Positions 1-9,390 of a stretch of DNA of 64,000 nucleotides are shown here, in pieces. The notes below the pieces were generated by a model. That model was not told where the DNA came from, made no database searches, and was given only the letters and a program-made list of their open reading frames with translations. The translations under genes were made by a program, and so were the position numbers. How positions within the stretch are numbered: the first letter of the stretch is position 1; each line of letters opens with the position of its first letter. This DNA comes from an uncultured Chthoniobacterales bacterium (lineage in GTDB: Bacteria > Verrucomicrobiota > Verrucomicrobiia > Chthoniobacterales > SZAS-18), in assembly GCA_964250695.1 (NCBI GenBank), contig CAXUGY010000013.1:5291-69290 (forward strand), written 5' to 3'.

Positions 1-3
1 CGC

Positions 4-696
4 ATGAACACGCCTTCGTTTGCCCCGCAGGATTATCTCGACCTGGATCATACCGCCCACCGGATGCTCTTCGAGAACACGGCGAACGTGTGGGGCGCGC
101 TGGAAAAAATCGCCACTTATCTCCAGTTCAGCCTGAAACCGGGGTTTGCCGGGGAACTGGTGGGCAAGCCGTTCATCGGGCCGGACGTTTTCATCGGCGA
201 AGGCACCATCGTCGAGCACGGCGCCATGATCAAAGGCCCGGCGTGGATCGGCGCGAACTGCCACGTGCGCAACGGGTGTTACGTCCGGGAGAACGTCATC
301 GTGGGTGATGACGTGGTGTTGGGAAATTCGTGCGAGTTCAAGAATTGCCTGATTTTCGACGGCGCGCAGGTGCCGCATTTCAATTATGTGGGCGACTCGA
401 TCCTGGGCTACAAGAGTCACCTGGGAGCGGGGGCGATCATTTCCAACGTGCGGCTCGACCACGGGGAAATCGCGGTCGAAACCGGGGATGGCAACCAGAC
501 CGGGACCGGCCTGCGCAAGTTCGGCGCGATCCTGGGCGACCACGCGGAGGTCGGCTGCAACGCGGTGCTCAATCCCGGGTCGATCATCGGGCGGCGGGCG
601 GTGGTTTATCCCGGCGCGCAGTGGCGCGGCGTGCTGGCGGCGGACAGCATCGCCAAGTTCCGCCAGAGTTTCAGCGTGATCGCGCGGCGGGGTTGA
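4..696 (+). CDS. Stand-alone left-handed beta-helix acetyltransferase, GlmU C-terminal domain-like (glucosamine-1-phosphate N-acetyltransferase candidate)
   Basis: Hexapeptide repeats (IGPDVFIGEGTIVEHGAMIKGPAWIG), GlmU-like segments VPHFNYVGDSILG and LGAGAIISN; no N-terminal nucleotidyltransferase domain. Confidence 0.75.
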   Translation: MNTPSFAPQDYLDLDHTAHRMLFENTANVWGALEKIATYLQFSLKPGFAGELVGKPFIGPDVFIGEGTIVEHGAMIKGPAWIGANCHVRNGCYVRENVIVGDDVVLGNSCEFKNCLIFDGAQVPHFNYVGDSILGYKSHLGAGAIISNVRLDHGEIAVETGDGNQTGTGLRKFGAILGDHAEVGCNAVLNPGSIIGRRAVVYPGAQWRGVLAADSIAKFRQSFSVIARRG

Positions 697-714
697 AATC
701 GTTCCAGCGAAACA

Positions 715-1839
715 TCAAATCCTGGCCGGCAACGCCTTGCGGTGAATCCACACGCTCTGCACGATGCCGAGCGCGAACATGATGATCATCACGAACGTGC
801 CGCCGTAGCTGATGATTGGCAGCGGCAGACCGGCAATCGGCACGAGCGAAATCGTCATGCCCGCATTCATGAACACATGGGTGAAAAACAGCGCCATGGT
901 GCCGACCACCAGCAAGAGGCCGAGTTGATCCTGGGATTGGTACGCCACGTAGAGGCCGACCACGATCAACGCCGCAAACGTTCCCAGCAGCACGGCGCCG
1001 CCCACGAACCCGTAAGCCTCGCCGATGACCGAGAAGATAAAATCGGTGTGCGCGATGGTCGGCGGCAGGAGGTTTTGTTCGACGAGAGTGTCGTGCGCCT
1101 TCCACCCCTTGCCGGGCCAGCCGCCCGAGCCGATGGCCGTGAGCGATTGGTTGATCGTCCAGCCCGCGTTGAGCGGATCGGCGTCTGGGTCCAGGAACGT
1201 GGTCAGCCGTTTGTATTGAAAATCCTTGAGGAAGTGCGCGGCCACGGGCATCACGGCGGACACGGCGAGGGTGATCGCCAGAAGGTAGCGGATCGGCAGA
1301 CCGCCGACGAAAAGCATCGCCATCATGACCGGCCCCCACACGATGACGCCGCCAAGCTGCGGTTGGATGGCCACCAGCAGCACCGGCGGGCCGGCGATGA
1401 GCGCGCAGAGGAGCAGCTTGAGCATGGGGTGCATGCTCCGGTACTCGCTCAGCAGCAGCGCGATGATCATGATGCCGCCCAGGATCGCCAACTGAGAGGG
1501 TTGCAAGCTGAAAGAAGTGCCGAACTCGATCCAACTCTTGGCGCCGAAGTGGGTCTTGCCGATGAACTTGCAAGCCACCAGCAAGGCCACGCCGCAGATG
1601 TACACCGGCAACGCCCCCCACTTGATCCAGCGGTAATCCACCAGGCTGGTGACCGCAAAGACGACCAAACTCGCGGCGATGTAGATCGTTTGTTTGCGCG
1701 CCATCTGCGCCAAGTAGGAGGTCGGGTCCCGCATGAACGTCGCGGAATAGATGGCGACCACGCTGAAGACGCACAGCGTCAGCATGAGCGCGACGAGCAC
1801 CCAGTTGAAACGGAAAAGTTTGCGGAGGTAGGGATTCAC
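715..1839 (-). CDS. rodA: SEDS-family peptidoglycan glycosyltransferase (RodA/FtsW)
   Basis: About 10 hydrophobic segments; GAKSWI, SLQPSQ, HTDFIFS, GLPLPIISYGG SEDS motifs; start (GTG 1839 vs GTG 1863) uncertain. Confidence 0.85.
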   Translation of the reverse strand: MNPYLRKLFRFNWVLVALMLTLCVFSVVAIYSATFMRDPTSYLAQMARKQTIYIAASLVVFAVTSLVDYRWIKWGALPVYICGVALLVACKFIGKTHFGAKSWIEFGTSFSLQPSQLAILGGIMIIALLLSEYRSMHPMLKLLLCALIAGPPVLLVAIQPQLGGVIVWGPVMMAMLFVGGLPIRYLLAITLAVSAVMPVAAHFLKDFQYKRLTTFLDPDADPLNAGWTINQSLTAIGSGGWPGKGWKAHDTLVEQNLLPPTIAHTDFIFSVIGEAYGFVGGAVLLGTFAALIVVGLYVAYQSQDQLGLLLVVGTMALFFTHVFMNAGMTISLVPIAGLPLPIISYGGTFVMIIMFALGIVQSVWIHRKALPARI

Positions 1840-1911
1840 GGTGTCAGCCCGGCTTGGCGGCACATTTTAGCCGCGAAACGCGTGCTCCGCAATTCGCCCG
1901 CCGGTTTGGCG

Positions 1912-2682
1912 TCAGGCCACCGCCGCCGCGAGCAGTCGGCGCGTGTACTCGTGCTGCGGGTTTTGGTAGATGGATTCCGCGCTGGCGGATTCCACGATTT
2001 CCCCGTGGTGCATGACGAGCACGTAGTCGCTGACGTGCTCCACGACGGCGAGATCGTGCGCGATGAAAAGGTAGGTCAGGCCGAGCTGGTCCTGAAGGTC
2101 TTGGAGGAGATTGACGATCTGCGCTTGGACACTGACATCCAGCGCGCTGACCGGCTCGTCGCACACGATGAACTTCGGCCGCGCCGCGAGTGCCCGCGCG
2201 ATGCCGATGCGCTGGCGCTGGCCGCCGCTGAACTCGTGGGGATAGCGCGCGGCAGACTCGCGCGGCAGACCCACCTGGGCGAGGAGTTCCCTGACCCGCG
2301 CCCGGCGGTCGGCGCGGGACATTTCCCGGCAGTGGATTTCCAGCGGCTCGGCGATGATCGACTCCACGCGCTGACGCGGGTTCAACGAGTTGAACGGGTC
2401 CTGGAAGATCATCTGGATTTCGCGGCGCAACGGACGAAATCCGCGCTCGGGCATCGCCAGGATTTCCTGGCCCGCGAAACGGACCTCGCCCGTGAGCGTC
2501 GCCGTGGGTGGGGTCAGCTTGAGGAGCGCGCGGCCGATGGTGGTTTTGCCGCTGCCGCTTTCGCCGACGAGGCCGACGGTCGTCCCTTCTTCCACCGCGA
2601 AGCTCGCGTTGTCTACGGCCCGGATGGCACTCCCCGCCACCGGAAAGGCGACGCCGAGATTCTGGACTTCTAAAAGAGCCAC
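1912..2682 (-). CDS. ABC transporter ATP-binding protein, oligo/dipeptide (OppF/DppF-like)
   Basis: Walker A GESGSGKT, signature FSGGQ, Walker B IVCDE, IAHD H-loop, C-terminal PQHEYT; GTG start at 2682 chosen over ORF-track start 2778. Confidence 0.9.
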   Translation of the reverse strand: MALLEVQNLGVAFPVAGSAIRAVDNASFAVEEGTTVGLVGESGSGKTTIGRALLKLTPPTATLTGEVRFAGQEILAMPERGFRPLRREIQMIFQDPFNSLNPRQRVESIIAEPLEIHCREMSRADRRARVRELLAQVGLPRESAARYPHEFSGGQRQRIGIARALAARPKFIVCDEPVSALDVSVQAQIVNLLQDLQDQLGLTYLFIAHDLAVVEHVSDYVLVMHHGEIVESASAESIYQNPQHEYTRRLLAAAVA

Positions 2683-2855
2683 GAGAGGAAGTGAACCACA
2701 CCTTTGACCGCCAGAATGCCGCCGCCCACCAGCCAAACGATGGCTTCGAGGCTGCCGTAGAAATCCAAAACGTTCCAAACTTTGCGGGTGCTGCCCTCAA
2801 GCTTTCGGCGGCTGATTTTTCGGAGCACGCCGTCATCGCTGGTTGAGTTTGTCAT
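2670..2855 (-). CDS. Small hypothetical membrane protein (61 aa)
   Basis: ATG one base after the thiG stop; stop overlaps start of the ABC ATPase; basic N-terminus plus C-terminal hydrophobic helix. Confidence 0.45.
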   Translation of the reverse strand: MTNSTSDDGVLRKISRRKLEGSTRKVWNVLDFYGSLEAIVWLVGGGILAVKGVVHFLSWLF

Positions 2856-2856
2856 T

Positions 2857-3651
2857 TCAACTCCGGTTCAAAAAGCCGGTCAAGGGACTGGTCGCGCTGG
2901 CCGTTTCCCGCCGCGCGCCGAGGCCGATTTCGTAGGCATCGCGCCCGGCCTCGACCGCCAGGCGGAAGGCGCGGGCCATGCGGACCGGGTCATCCGCCAC
3001 GGCGATGGCCGTGTTGACGAGCACGGCGTCCGCGCCCATCTCCAACGCAAACGCGGCCTGGCTCGGCGCGCCGATGCCCGCGTCCACCACGACGGGCACG
3101 GTTGCTTGCTCGATGATGATGGCAATCTGCGCGCGGGTTTCCAGACCGCGGTTGCTGCCGATGGGTGCGCCGAGGGGCATCACCGTGGCCGTGCCGATGT
3201 CCTGGAGCCGCTTCGCCAGCACGGGGTCGGCGTTGATGTAGGGCAGGACGACGAAACCTTCCTTTACCAGTTGTTCGGCGGCGAGAAACGTCTCGACCGG
3301 ATCGGGCAACAGATAACGCGGATCGGGATGGATCTCGAGTTTGACCCAGTTGGGCAGCCCGGCCGCACGCGCCAGCCGCGCCAGGCGCACCGCCTCGGCG
3401 GCGTTCATCGCGCCGCTGGTGTTGGGCAGGAGCAGATACCTGGCAGGGTCGATAAATTCGAGAATGTTGGCGAAAGGGTCTTTCTTACCGCTCAGGTCCG
3501 CGCGCCGCAACGCGACCGTGACCAGGCTCGTGCCGCTGGCTTCGAGCGAGTCGCGCATGGACTCGTTCGAGGAAAATTTGCCCGTGCCCAGCAGCAGGCG
3601 CGAGGAAAATTCGCGTCCCGCGATGGTCAGTCTGGATGGCTTGTCGGACAT
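2857..3651 (-). CDS. thiG: Thiazole synthase ThiG
   Basis: [50 protein letters not shown]. Confidence 0.95.
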   Translation of the reverse strand: MSDKPSRLTIAGREFSSRLLLGTGKFSSNESMRDSLEASGTSLVTVALRRADLSGKKDPFANILEFIDPARYLLLPNTSGAMNAAEAVRLARLARAAGLPNWVKLEIHPDPRYLLPDPVETFLAAEQLVKEGFVVLPYINADPVLAKRLQDIGTATVMPLGAPIGSNRGLETRAQIAIIIEQATVPVVVDAGIGAPSQAAFALEMGADAVLVNTAIAVADDPVRMARAFRLAVEAGRDAYEIGLGARRETASATSPLTGFLNRS

Positions 3652-3785
3652 GGCGAGATGGGTGGATCGACGCCACCACCCTAGCGATTTTCCCCGGGCG
3701 GGCAAGCCGGGTGCCGGGATGACTTGCGCCACCCGCGGTCTTCGGGCACGCTGGACCGCAGTCGCCGTTGCCGTTCCACCTTCCC

Positions 3786-4463
3786 ATGCACTCCCGGAAA
3801 AACGCCTTCACCCTGATGGAACTCCTGGTCGTGATCGCCATCGTGGCCGTGCTGGCCGGTGTGCTCATCCCTGTATTGTTCAAAGTCACGCTCATGTCGC
3901 GCAGCACCAAGTGTCTGAGCAACCTCCGGCAGATCGGCGCGGCTTTGCTCAGCCACGCCGGGGATCACAACGGCCTGCTGCCCACTTCGGGCGCGGACAT
4001 CTCCTACGGGGCCATCTCGCCCGACACCAACCTGCCCGGCTGGACCGAACAACTCGTGCCTTACATCGGCACCGACCGCAAAATCTTTGTCTGTCCCAGC
4101 AGCGGCCCCATCGTGCCCAGCAACGTGCAGTACAGTTATTTTCAAGGCTGCCACGCGGCCCTGGTCGCCAACGGCAGCTTTTCTCCCCTGCGGCTCTCGC
4201 TCGTCGCCGTGCCGAGCATGTACATCCTCGGCGGCGACATCGCCTCCGGCACGATGTTTACCGCGACGGATGCCGACAAAGACGATTATACGCAAAACCC
4301 CGCGTTCGCGCCGATGACCCGCATCTTCCACGGCAAGAAGGTCAACCTCGTCTTCGCGGACGGGCACGTCGGCACCTTCGCCGCGTTCGACCGCCACAGC
4401 ATGACCGTGCGTTATAACCTCCGCCCGGACGGCACGGGTTACGACTATTCCGACCCGGACTGA
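3786..4463 (+). CDS. Prepilin-type N-terminal cleavage/methylation protein with H-X9-DG C-terminal motif
   Basis: [23 protein letters not shown] pilin leader; CLSNLRQIG; [13 protein letters not shown] is an exact H-X9-DG motif. Confidence 0.85.
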   Translation: MHSRKNAFTLMELLVVIAIVAVLAGVLIPVLFKVTLMSRSTKCLSNLRQIGAALLSHAGDHNGLLPTSGADISYGAISPDTNLPGWTEQLVPYIGTDRKIFVCPSSGPIVPSNVQYSYFQGCHAALVANGSFSPLRLSLVAVPSMYILGGDIASGTMFTATDADKDDYTQNPAFAPMTRIFHGKKVNLVFADGHVGTFAAFDRHSMTVRYNLRPDGTGYDYSDPD

Positions 4464-4493
4464 CACCCCGGTCGCCACCGAACGCCGCCCGCC

Positions 4494-5489
4494 GTGGAAA
4501 ACAGTCTGCATTGCGGCGATAATCTCGCCGTGCTCGCGGCGCACGTCGCCGAGCATAGCGTCGATCTGTGCTGCATCGACCCGCCCTTTTTTTCGCGGCG
4601 CGATTATCGTCATGCGGGTGCGCCGGCGTTCACCGACCGCTGGTCGTGGGATGCCACCGCCACGAGCGACTACGGCGTCATCACCGCCGGTTCCGAGGTC
4701 GGCGCGACCCCCCAGACGGCAGCCTTGTTCGGCGGTTTGCACGGCGCGTTGGGAGAAGGACCGCTGCTGGCGTACCTCGTCCACCTTGCCCGCCGCATCG
4801 CCGCGCTCTGGCGGGTGCTCAAACCGACCGGGACGTTTTATCTGCACGGCGACCCCACGGCGTCGCATTACCTCAAGCTGGTGTGCGACAGCGTGTTCTG
4901 CCCCCGGGGAGGCGAGTGCCGCAACGAGATCATCTGGAGCTACGAAACCGGCGGGCGGGGCGGGCGGGATTTTGCTTGGAAACACGACACCATCCTGCGT
5001 TACGCCAAGTCGAAGACCTGGACGTTCGATGCGACGGCAGTCCTCCTGCCCCGCGCGCAGGTGCGCCGCAACCATCTGAAACGCGGCCAGGACGCCGACG
5101 GCCGTGCTTATACGTCGATCACGTCCGCCGGAAAGACCTATCGCTATTACGAAGACGAAGGCGTGGTGCCATCCGACGTGTGGACCGACGTGAGCCACCT
5201 GCACCAGCGGGACCCCGAGCGCACCGGCTATCCCACGCAAAAACCTGCCGCCCTGCTCGAACGCCTCGTCCGGGCCAGCAGCCGCGAGGGCGACCTCGTG
5301 CTGGATGCGTACTGCGGCAGCGGCACGACGCTCGCCGCCGCGCAGAAACTTGGCCGCCGCTGGGTCGGCATCGACCTTTCCCCGGCGGCGATCACGCTGG
5401 CCCGCGCCCGGCTGGGTCTCCCGCCGCCGCCGTCCCCGGATGCTCCGCCTGCCGCGCCAGCAGCCACAGCAGGTCCGACGCCCGGTTGA
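4494..5489 (+). CDS. Site-specific DNA methyltransferase, beta class (N6-A/N4-C)
   Basis: GDNL, motif IV DPPF near N-terminus, YPTQKP, motif I DAYCGSGTT near C-terminus (beta order). Confidence 0.9.
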   Translation: MENSLHCGDNLAVLAAHVAEHSVDLCCIDPPFFSRRDYRHAGAPAFTDRWSWDATATSDYGVITAGSEVGATPQTAALFGGLHGALGEGPLLAYLVHLARRIAALWRVLKPTGTFYLHGDPTASHYLKLVCDSVFCPRGGECRNEIIWSYETGGRGGRDFAWKHDTILRYAKSKTWTFDATAVLLPRAQVRRNHLKRGQDADGRAYTSITSAGKTYRYYEDEGVVPSDVWTDVSHLHQRDPERTGYPTQKPAALLERLVRASSREGDLVLDAYCGSGTTLAAAQKLGRRWVGIDLSPAAITLARARLGLPPPPSPDAPPAAPAATAGPTPG

Positions 5490-5970
5490 CGTATTGCAAC
5501 AACAGTTCCCGCACGACGCCCCCCCCTTCCCGCATCGCCACCAGATGCCGTTCCGCGCGCCGCGCCGCCACCCGCGCCAGATCGAGCGCCGCCGCCGGGA
5601 CCGTCCCGCCGGGGGTGGCCCAGCCGTCGAACCGCAACGGGGGCTCGCCGTTTTCCAGCGCGCTCACCGCCGCGTCGATGCGCTCCAGCGCCCCGGGTTC
5701 CAACGCGCCGAAACGGCTGGCGAGATAACGCTCCTGGTCGGAGTCGTCCGCCGCCAGTTCGCCCATGATGATCACGAGGTCCTTCTGGATCGCCTGCAAC
5801 TGCGCGCGCACTTCGGCGGCGTCGTTGACCGCCTTCGCCTGCCCGAGCGCGGCGTTGAGTTCGTCCAGGCGTCCGACCGCTTCGACGCGCGGATGGCACT
5901 TCGGGACGCGCTGTCCGAAAATCAGTCCGGTCGTGCCGTCGTCGCCGGTGCGGGTTGCGATGGATGCCAT
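5392..5970 (-). CDS. pduO: PduO-type cob(I)alamin adenosyltransferase
   Basis: IATRTGDDGTT, GRLDELNAALG, ARVAARRAER, VNRASDLLWLLAR. Confidence 0.85.
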   Translation of the reverse strand: MASIATRTGDDGTTGLIFGQRVPKCHPRVEAVGRLDELNAALGQAKAVNDAAEVRAQLQAIQKDLVIIMGELAADDSDQERYLASRFGALEPGALERIDAAVSALENGEPPLRFDGWATPGGTVPAAALDLARVAARRAERHLVAMREGGGVVRELLLQYVNRASDLLWLLARQAEHPGTAAAGDPAGRGPA

Positions 5971-6076
5971 ATTTTTCGTTCAGGAAGCAATATCGCCGAC
6001 TGCAATCCACAAGGAACCGCTCCCCCGTTGCTCCACGATTCCAATGCAGTCTCTCAAACTCAAATCATCTGCGCTC

Positions 6077-7111
6077 ATGGAATTTAGACAACTCGGCGGT
6101 TCGGGCTTCAAGGTCCCGGTTCTCAGCTTCGGCACCGGCACCTTCGGCGGTAGCGGGGAGTTTTTCAAGGCTTGGGGCGCCAGCGGGGTCGAGGAGGCCG
6201 CGCGCCTCGTCGATGTCTGCCTGGATGCCGGGCTGAACATGTTCGACTCGGCGGATGTTTACTCGAAAGGGCTCGCGGAAGAAATTCTCGGCAAAGCGAT
6301 TAAAGGCCGCCGCGACAAGGTCATCATCAGCACGAAGGCGACTTTCCCCATGAGCGACGAGCCAAACGACATGGGCAGTTCGCGCCATCACCTGACGCTC
6401 GCCGTGGACAACGCGTTGCGCCGCCTAGGCACCGATTACATCGACCTGTTCCAGACGCACGGTTTCGACGCCGTCACGCCCGTCGAGGAAACCATGACCA
6501 CGCTCGACGACCTCGTGCGGGCCGGGAAGATCCGTTACCTCGGGTGCTCGAATTATTCCGGCTGGCATCTGATGAAGTTCCTTGCTTACGCCGAGAAATT
6601 CAATCTGACCCGTTTCGTGGCGCATCAGGCGTATTATTCCCTGATCGGGCGCGAGTACGAGTGGGAACTCATGCCGCTCGGTCTGGACCAGAAGGTCGGC
6701 GCGGTGGTGTGGAGTCCGCTCGGCTGGGGGCGGCTGACCGGCAAAATCCGCCGGGGCCAACCGCTGCCCGAGAACAGCCGCCTGCAATCGAGCATGGTCA
6801 CGGAAAACGGCCCACCCGTGCAAGACGATTATCTTTACAAGGTGGTCGATGCGCTCGACGAGGTGGCCGCCGAAACCGGCAAGACGGTCCCGCAAATTTC
6901 GATCAACTGGCTTTTGCAGCGTCCCACGGTGGCTAACGTGATCATCGGGGCGCGCAACGAAGAACAATTGAAACAAAACCTGGGCGCGGTCGGCTGGAAC
7001 CTCACGCCTGCGCAGGTCGCCAAGCTCGACGCGGCCAGCGCGCAGACGAAAACCTACCCCTACTGGCATCAGGTCGGCTTTGCCCAGCGCAACCCGTTTC
7101 CCACCGCCTGA
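6077..7111 (+). CDS. Aldo/keto reductase
   Basis: LGGSGFKVPVLSFGT, FDSADVYSKG, ISTKA, RRLGTDYIDLFQTH, GKIRYLGCSN. Confidence 0.92.
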   Translation: MEFRQLGGSGFKVPVLSFGTGTFGGSGEFFKAWGASGVEEAARLVDVCLDAGLNMFDSADVYSKGLAEEILGKAIKGRRDKVIISTKATFPMSDEPNDMGSSRHHLTLAVDNALRRLGTDYIDLFQTHGFDAVTPVEETMTTLDDLVRAGKIRYLGCSNYSGWHLMKFLAYAEKFNLTRFVAHQAYYSLIGREYEWELMPLGLDQKVGAVVWSPLGWGRLTGKIRRGQPLPENSRLQSSMVTENGPPVQDDYLYKVVDALDEVAAETGKTVPQISINWLLQRPTVANVIIGARNEEQLKQNLGAVGWNLTPAQVAKLDAASAQTKTYPYWHQVGFAQRNPFPTA

Positions 7112-7121
7112 GCGCGCGGGA

Positions 7122-8000
7122 TCAAGCGACCGGTTGAGCGCGAAACCGCCGCCGCCATACCAACACACCCGCGCCCAGCAGTGAGATCGACAGCCATGCG
7201 GTGGTCGTTGGCTCGGGCACCGCGAACGGATTCGCCGCGATAGCCTGCGCTTGGTCAGGGGTGAGCACGCCATTCCACACGCGCGCCAGAGCCACCGACC
7301 CAGCGGACCATTCCCCCTGTCCACCAGCCACGACGTTATCGACGAAGAGTCCGAGCAAACGGTCAGGATTGCTGGTCGGATCGAAGTCCAGATTCATTTC
7401 CGACGTGAGGCTGGTGAACTGTGAAATGCCGTCCAGATAAACCACGACCTGGGTGCCGTCATCGGTGAGCACCACGTGGTGATAAACGTTGTTGGTCCAG
7501 GCAGCGGTGGACCCACTGACCGGGTAGATGTCGAGGTTGTTGGAAGGGTCAACGTAGAACCCGTTGTCGGATTGTCGGTTCTGCACGTCAACGATCCGCC
7601 GCCAAGCGCCGTCCCTCATGGTAAATTTGCAGACCAGGTCCAGCGAATAGTCTTCGGGCGCAATCAGGTTCGTTGTATTGAGCGTCAGCCCCGCTTGCTG
7701 ATCCGTGGGCACGTTGGCTCCGTTGAAGGCCCAGACCGTCCGCGTTTGGCCGAAGACGGAATCCGTCTGGAAGGCGCTGGAGCTTTGTGGGTCAACCGGC
7801 GTCAAGGCCGGGGCGCCGGCTTCGTTGGCGATGAACCCGCCGTTGAAGTCGTAGGTCGCCGCCACCGTGGCCGCCGTGGCGCTGGACGGTGATGTCCCGC
7901 CTTGCAGAGCAATCCAGGCGGCTGCCATTCCCGCGACTGCCTTGGTGTTGTTCATGCTAAATCGGGACAGATAACCCAAAATAGAAGTGGATATTTTCAT
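7122..8000 (-). CDS. PEP-CTERM exported protein with LamG-like jelly-roll domain
   Basis: C-terminal VPEPTTTAWLSISLLGAGVLVWRRR; YHHVVLTDDGTQVVVYLDG and ARVWNGVLT LamG-like motifs; start 8000 or 7955. Confidence 0.85.
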   Translation of the reverse strand: MKISTSILGYLSRFSMNNTKAVAGMAAAWIALQGGTSPSSATAATVAATYDFNGGFIANEAGAPALTPVDPQSSSAFQTDSVFGQTRTVWAFNGANVPTDQQAGLTLNTTNLIAPEDYSLDLVCKFTMRDGAWRRIVDVQNRQSDNGFYVDPSNNLDIYPVSGSTAAWTNNVYHHVVLTDDGTQVVVYLDGISQFTSLTSEMNLDFDPTSNPDRLLGLFVDNVVAGGQGEWSAGSVALARVWNGVLTPDQAQAIAANPFAVPEPTTTAWLSISLLGAGVLVWRRRFRAQPVA

Positions 8001-8182
8001 GCGATTGTGTTTTGTGCGCGCATGGTACCAGCAGAACGGCCGGAGGTGCAATCTTTATTTGTAGTATCAATCTGTCCGAGATTCCTTTACGAAGCCCATG
8101 GTCCTACCTTACACAGGCAGGACCGGGCAAAACACGCCCGGGAGTTTACTTTCCCACCCGCGCTCTTACGTTGCTGGCTCTC

Positions 8183-8728
8183 ATGCGCGTCCTCGCCGTT
8201 GACCCCTCTCTCCGTGGCACCGGGTTTGCCGTGCTCGAAGCCGCCTCCCCGGCGGCGAACGGACGCTCTTCCGCCCTGGGGTCCATGCCGCTCAAAGCCC
8301 GTGCGTGCGAGTACGGCACGATCAAAAACAAGGCGGACCTGCTGCCGAGTTCCTGCCTCGTCGCCATCCACGACCGGTTGGCGGAAATCATTCACCAGCA
8401 CGAGCCGGATTGCTGCGCCATCGAAGGGGTGATCTTCGTCCAGAGCCATCGCACGGCCATCACGCTCGGAGCGGCCCGGGGCGCGGCGATCCTGGCTGCC
8501 GCCGAGCGAGGCATCCCCGTGTTTGAGTATTCGCCGCGCGAGGTCAAGCAGGCGGTCGTCGGTCGGGGCAGCGCGGAAAAAACGCAGGTCGCCTTCATGG
8601 TCCGTGCGTTGCTCGGTCTTACCGAAACGCCTACCCCCGATGCCGCTGACGCGCTCGCCATCGGCCTGACCCACCTGCGCGAACTGGCGAGCCCTCTGCG
8701 CAAAGTCACGGCGCTCTCGCGGATATGA
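8183..8728 (+). CDS. ruvC: Holliday junction resolvase RuvC
   Basis: MRVLAVDPS, AIEGVIF, EYSPREVKQAVVGRG, DAADALAIG. Confidence 0.95.
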   Translation: MRVLAVDPSLRGTGFAVLEAASPAANGRSSALGSMPLKARACEYGTIKNKADLLPSSCLVAIHDRLAEIIHQHEPDCCAIEGVIFVQSHRTAITLGAARGAAILAAAERGIPVFEYSPREVKQAVVGRGSAEKTQVAFMVRALLGLTETPTPDAADALAIGLTHLRELASPLRKVTALSRI

Positions 8729-9390
8729 ACGCCGCCGGTTCCGAGCTGCGCGTCGAGTGGCTCGGACGCCTCGCCTACGGTCACGCCCTCGCCCGGCAGG
8801 AATTCCTGGTCGAAGGAAAAATCGCCGCGCCCGAGACGGTGCCCGATACCCTCCTGTTGCTGGAACACGATGCCGTTTACACGATGGGCCGCTCGCGCGA
8901 CCGGTCCAGTTTGCAGGGGGCTTCCGCGCTTCCCTACCCGGTCGAAACGGTCGGGCGCGGCGGGCAGGCCACGTTCCACGGCCCGGGGCAACTGGTCGGG
9001 TATCCGATCCTCGACCTGGGTCGGCGCGGGCGGGATTTGCACCTCTACCTGCGAACCATCGAGGAAATTCTCATCGAAGCCCTCGCCGCCTTCGGCATCG
9101 CCGGGCAAAGCCGCGACGGCCTGACCGGCGTGTGGGTGGGTCCGCGCAAGATCGCGTCCATCGGCGTGGGGGTCCGGCGTTGGGTGAGCCTGCACGGTTT
9201 TGCGATCAACGTCGTGGGCGGCGAGGCCCTCGCGCCGTTCCGGGCCATCACGCCCTGCGGACTGGCCGGGGTCGAGATGACCGCCGTGGAAACGGAATGC
9301 CGGCGGCAGGTCGGCGTCGAAGCTTTTGCGCGCCCCGTCGGCGAACTTTTCGTGCGCCGTTTAAACCAACGCCTGCCCCGGCGGGATTAA
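8725..9390 (+). CDS. lipB: Lipoyl(octanoyl) transferase LipB
   Basis: LLLEHDAVYTMGR, GRGGQATFHGPGQLVGYP, KIASIG, HGFAIN, ITPCGL; ATGA overlap with ruvC. Confidence 0.93.
   Translation: MNAAGSELRVEWLGRLAYGHALARQEFLVEGKIAAPETVPDTLLLLEHDAVYTMGRSRDRSSLQGASALPYPVETVGRGGQATFHGPGQLVGYPILDLGRRGRDLHLYLRTIEEILIEALAAFGIAGQSRDGLTGVWVGPRKIASIGVGVRRWVSLHGFAINVVGGEALAPFRAITPCGLAGVEMTAVETECRRQVGVEAFARPVGELFVRRLNQRLPRRD

Noticed and set aside
3652-3785. TPP riboswitch upstream of thiG
   Set aside because: No CTGAGA or other TPP consensus elements on the minus strand
8100-8182. Verrucomicrobial LexA box (TGTTC-N4-GAACA) upstream of ruvC, the dinG-like gene or the SSAP-like gene
   Set aside because: No convincing match seen by eye in these upstream regions
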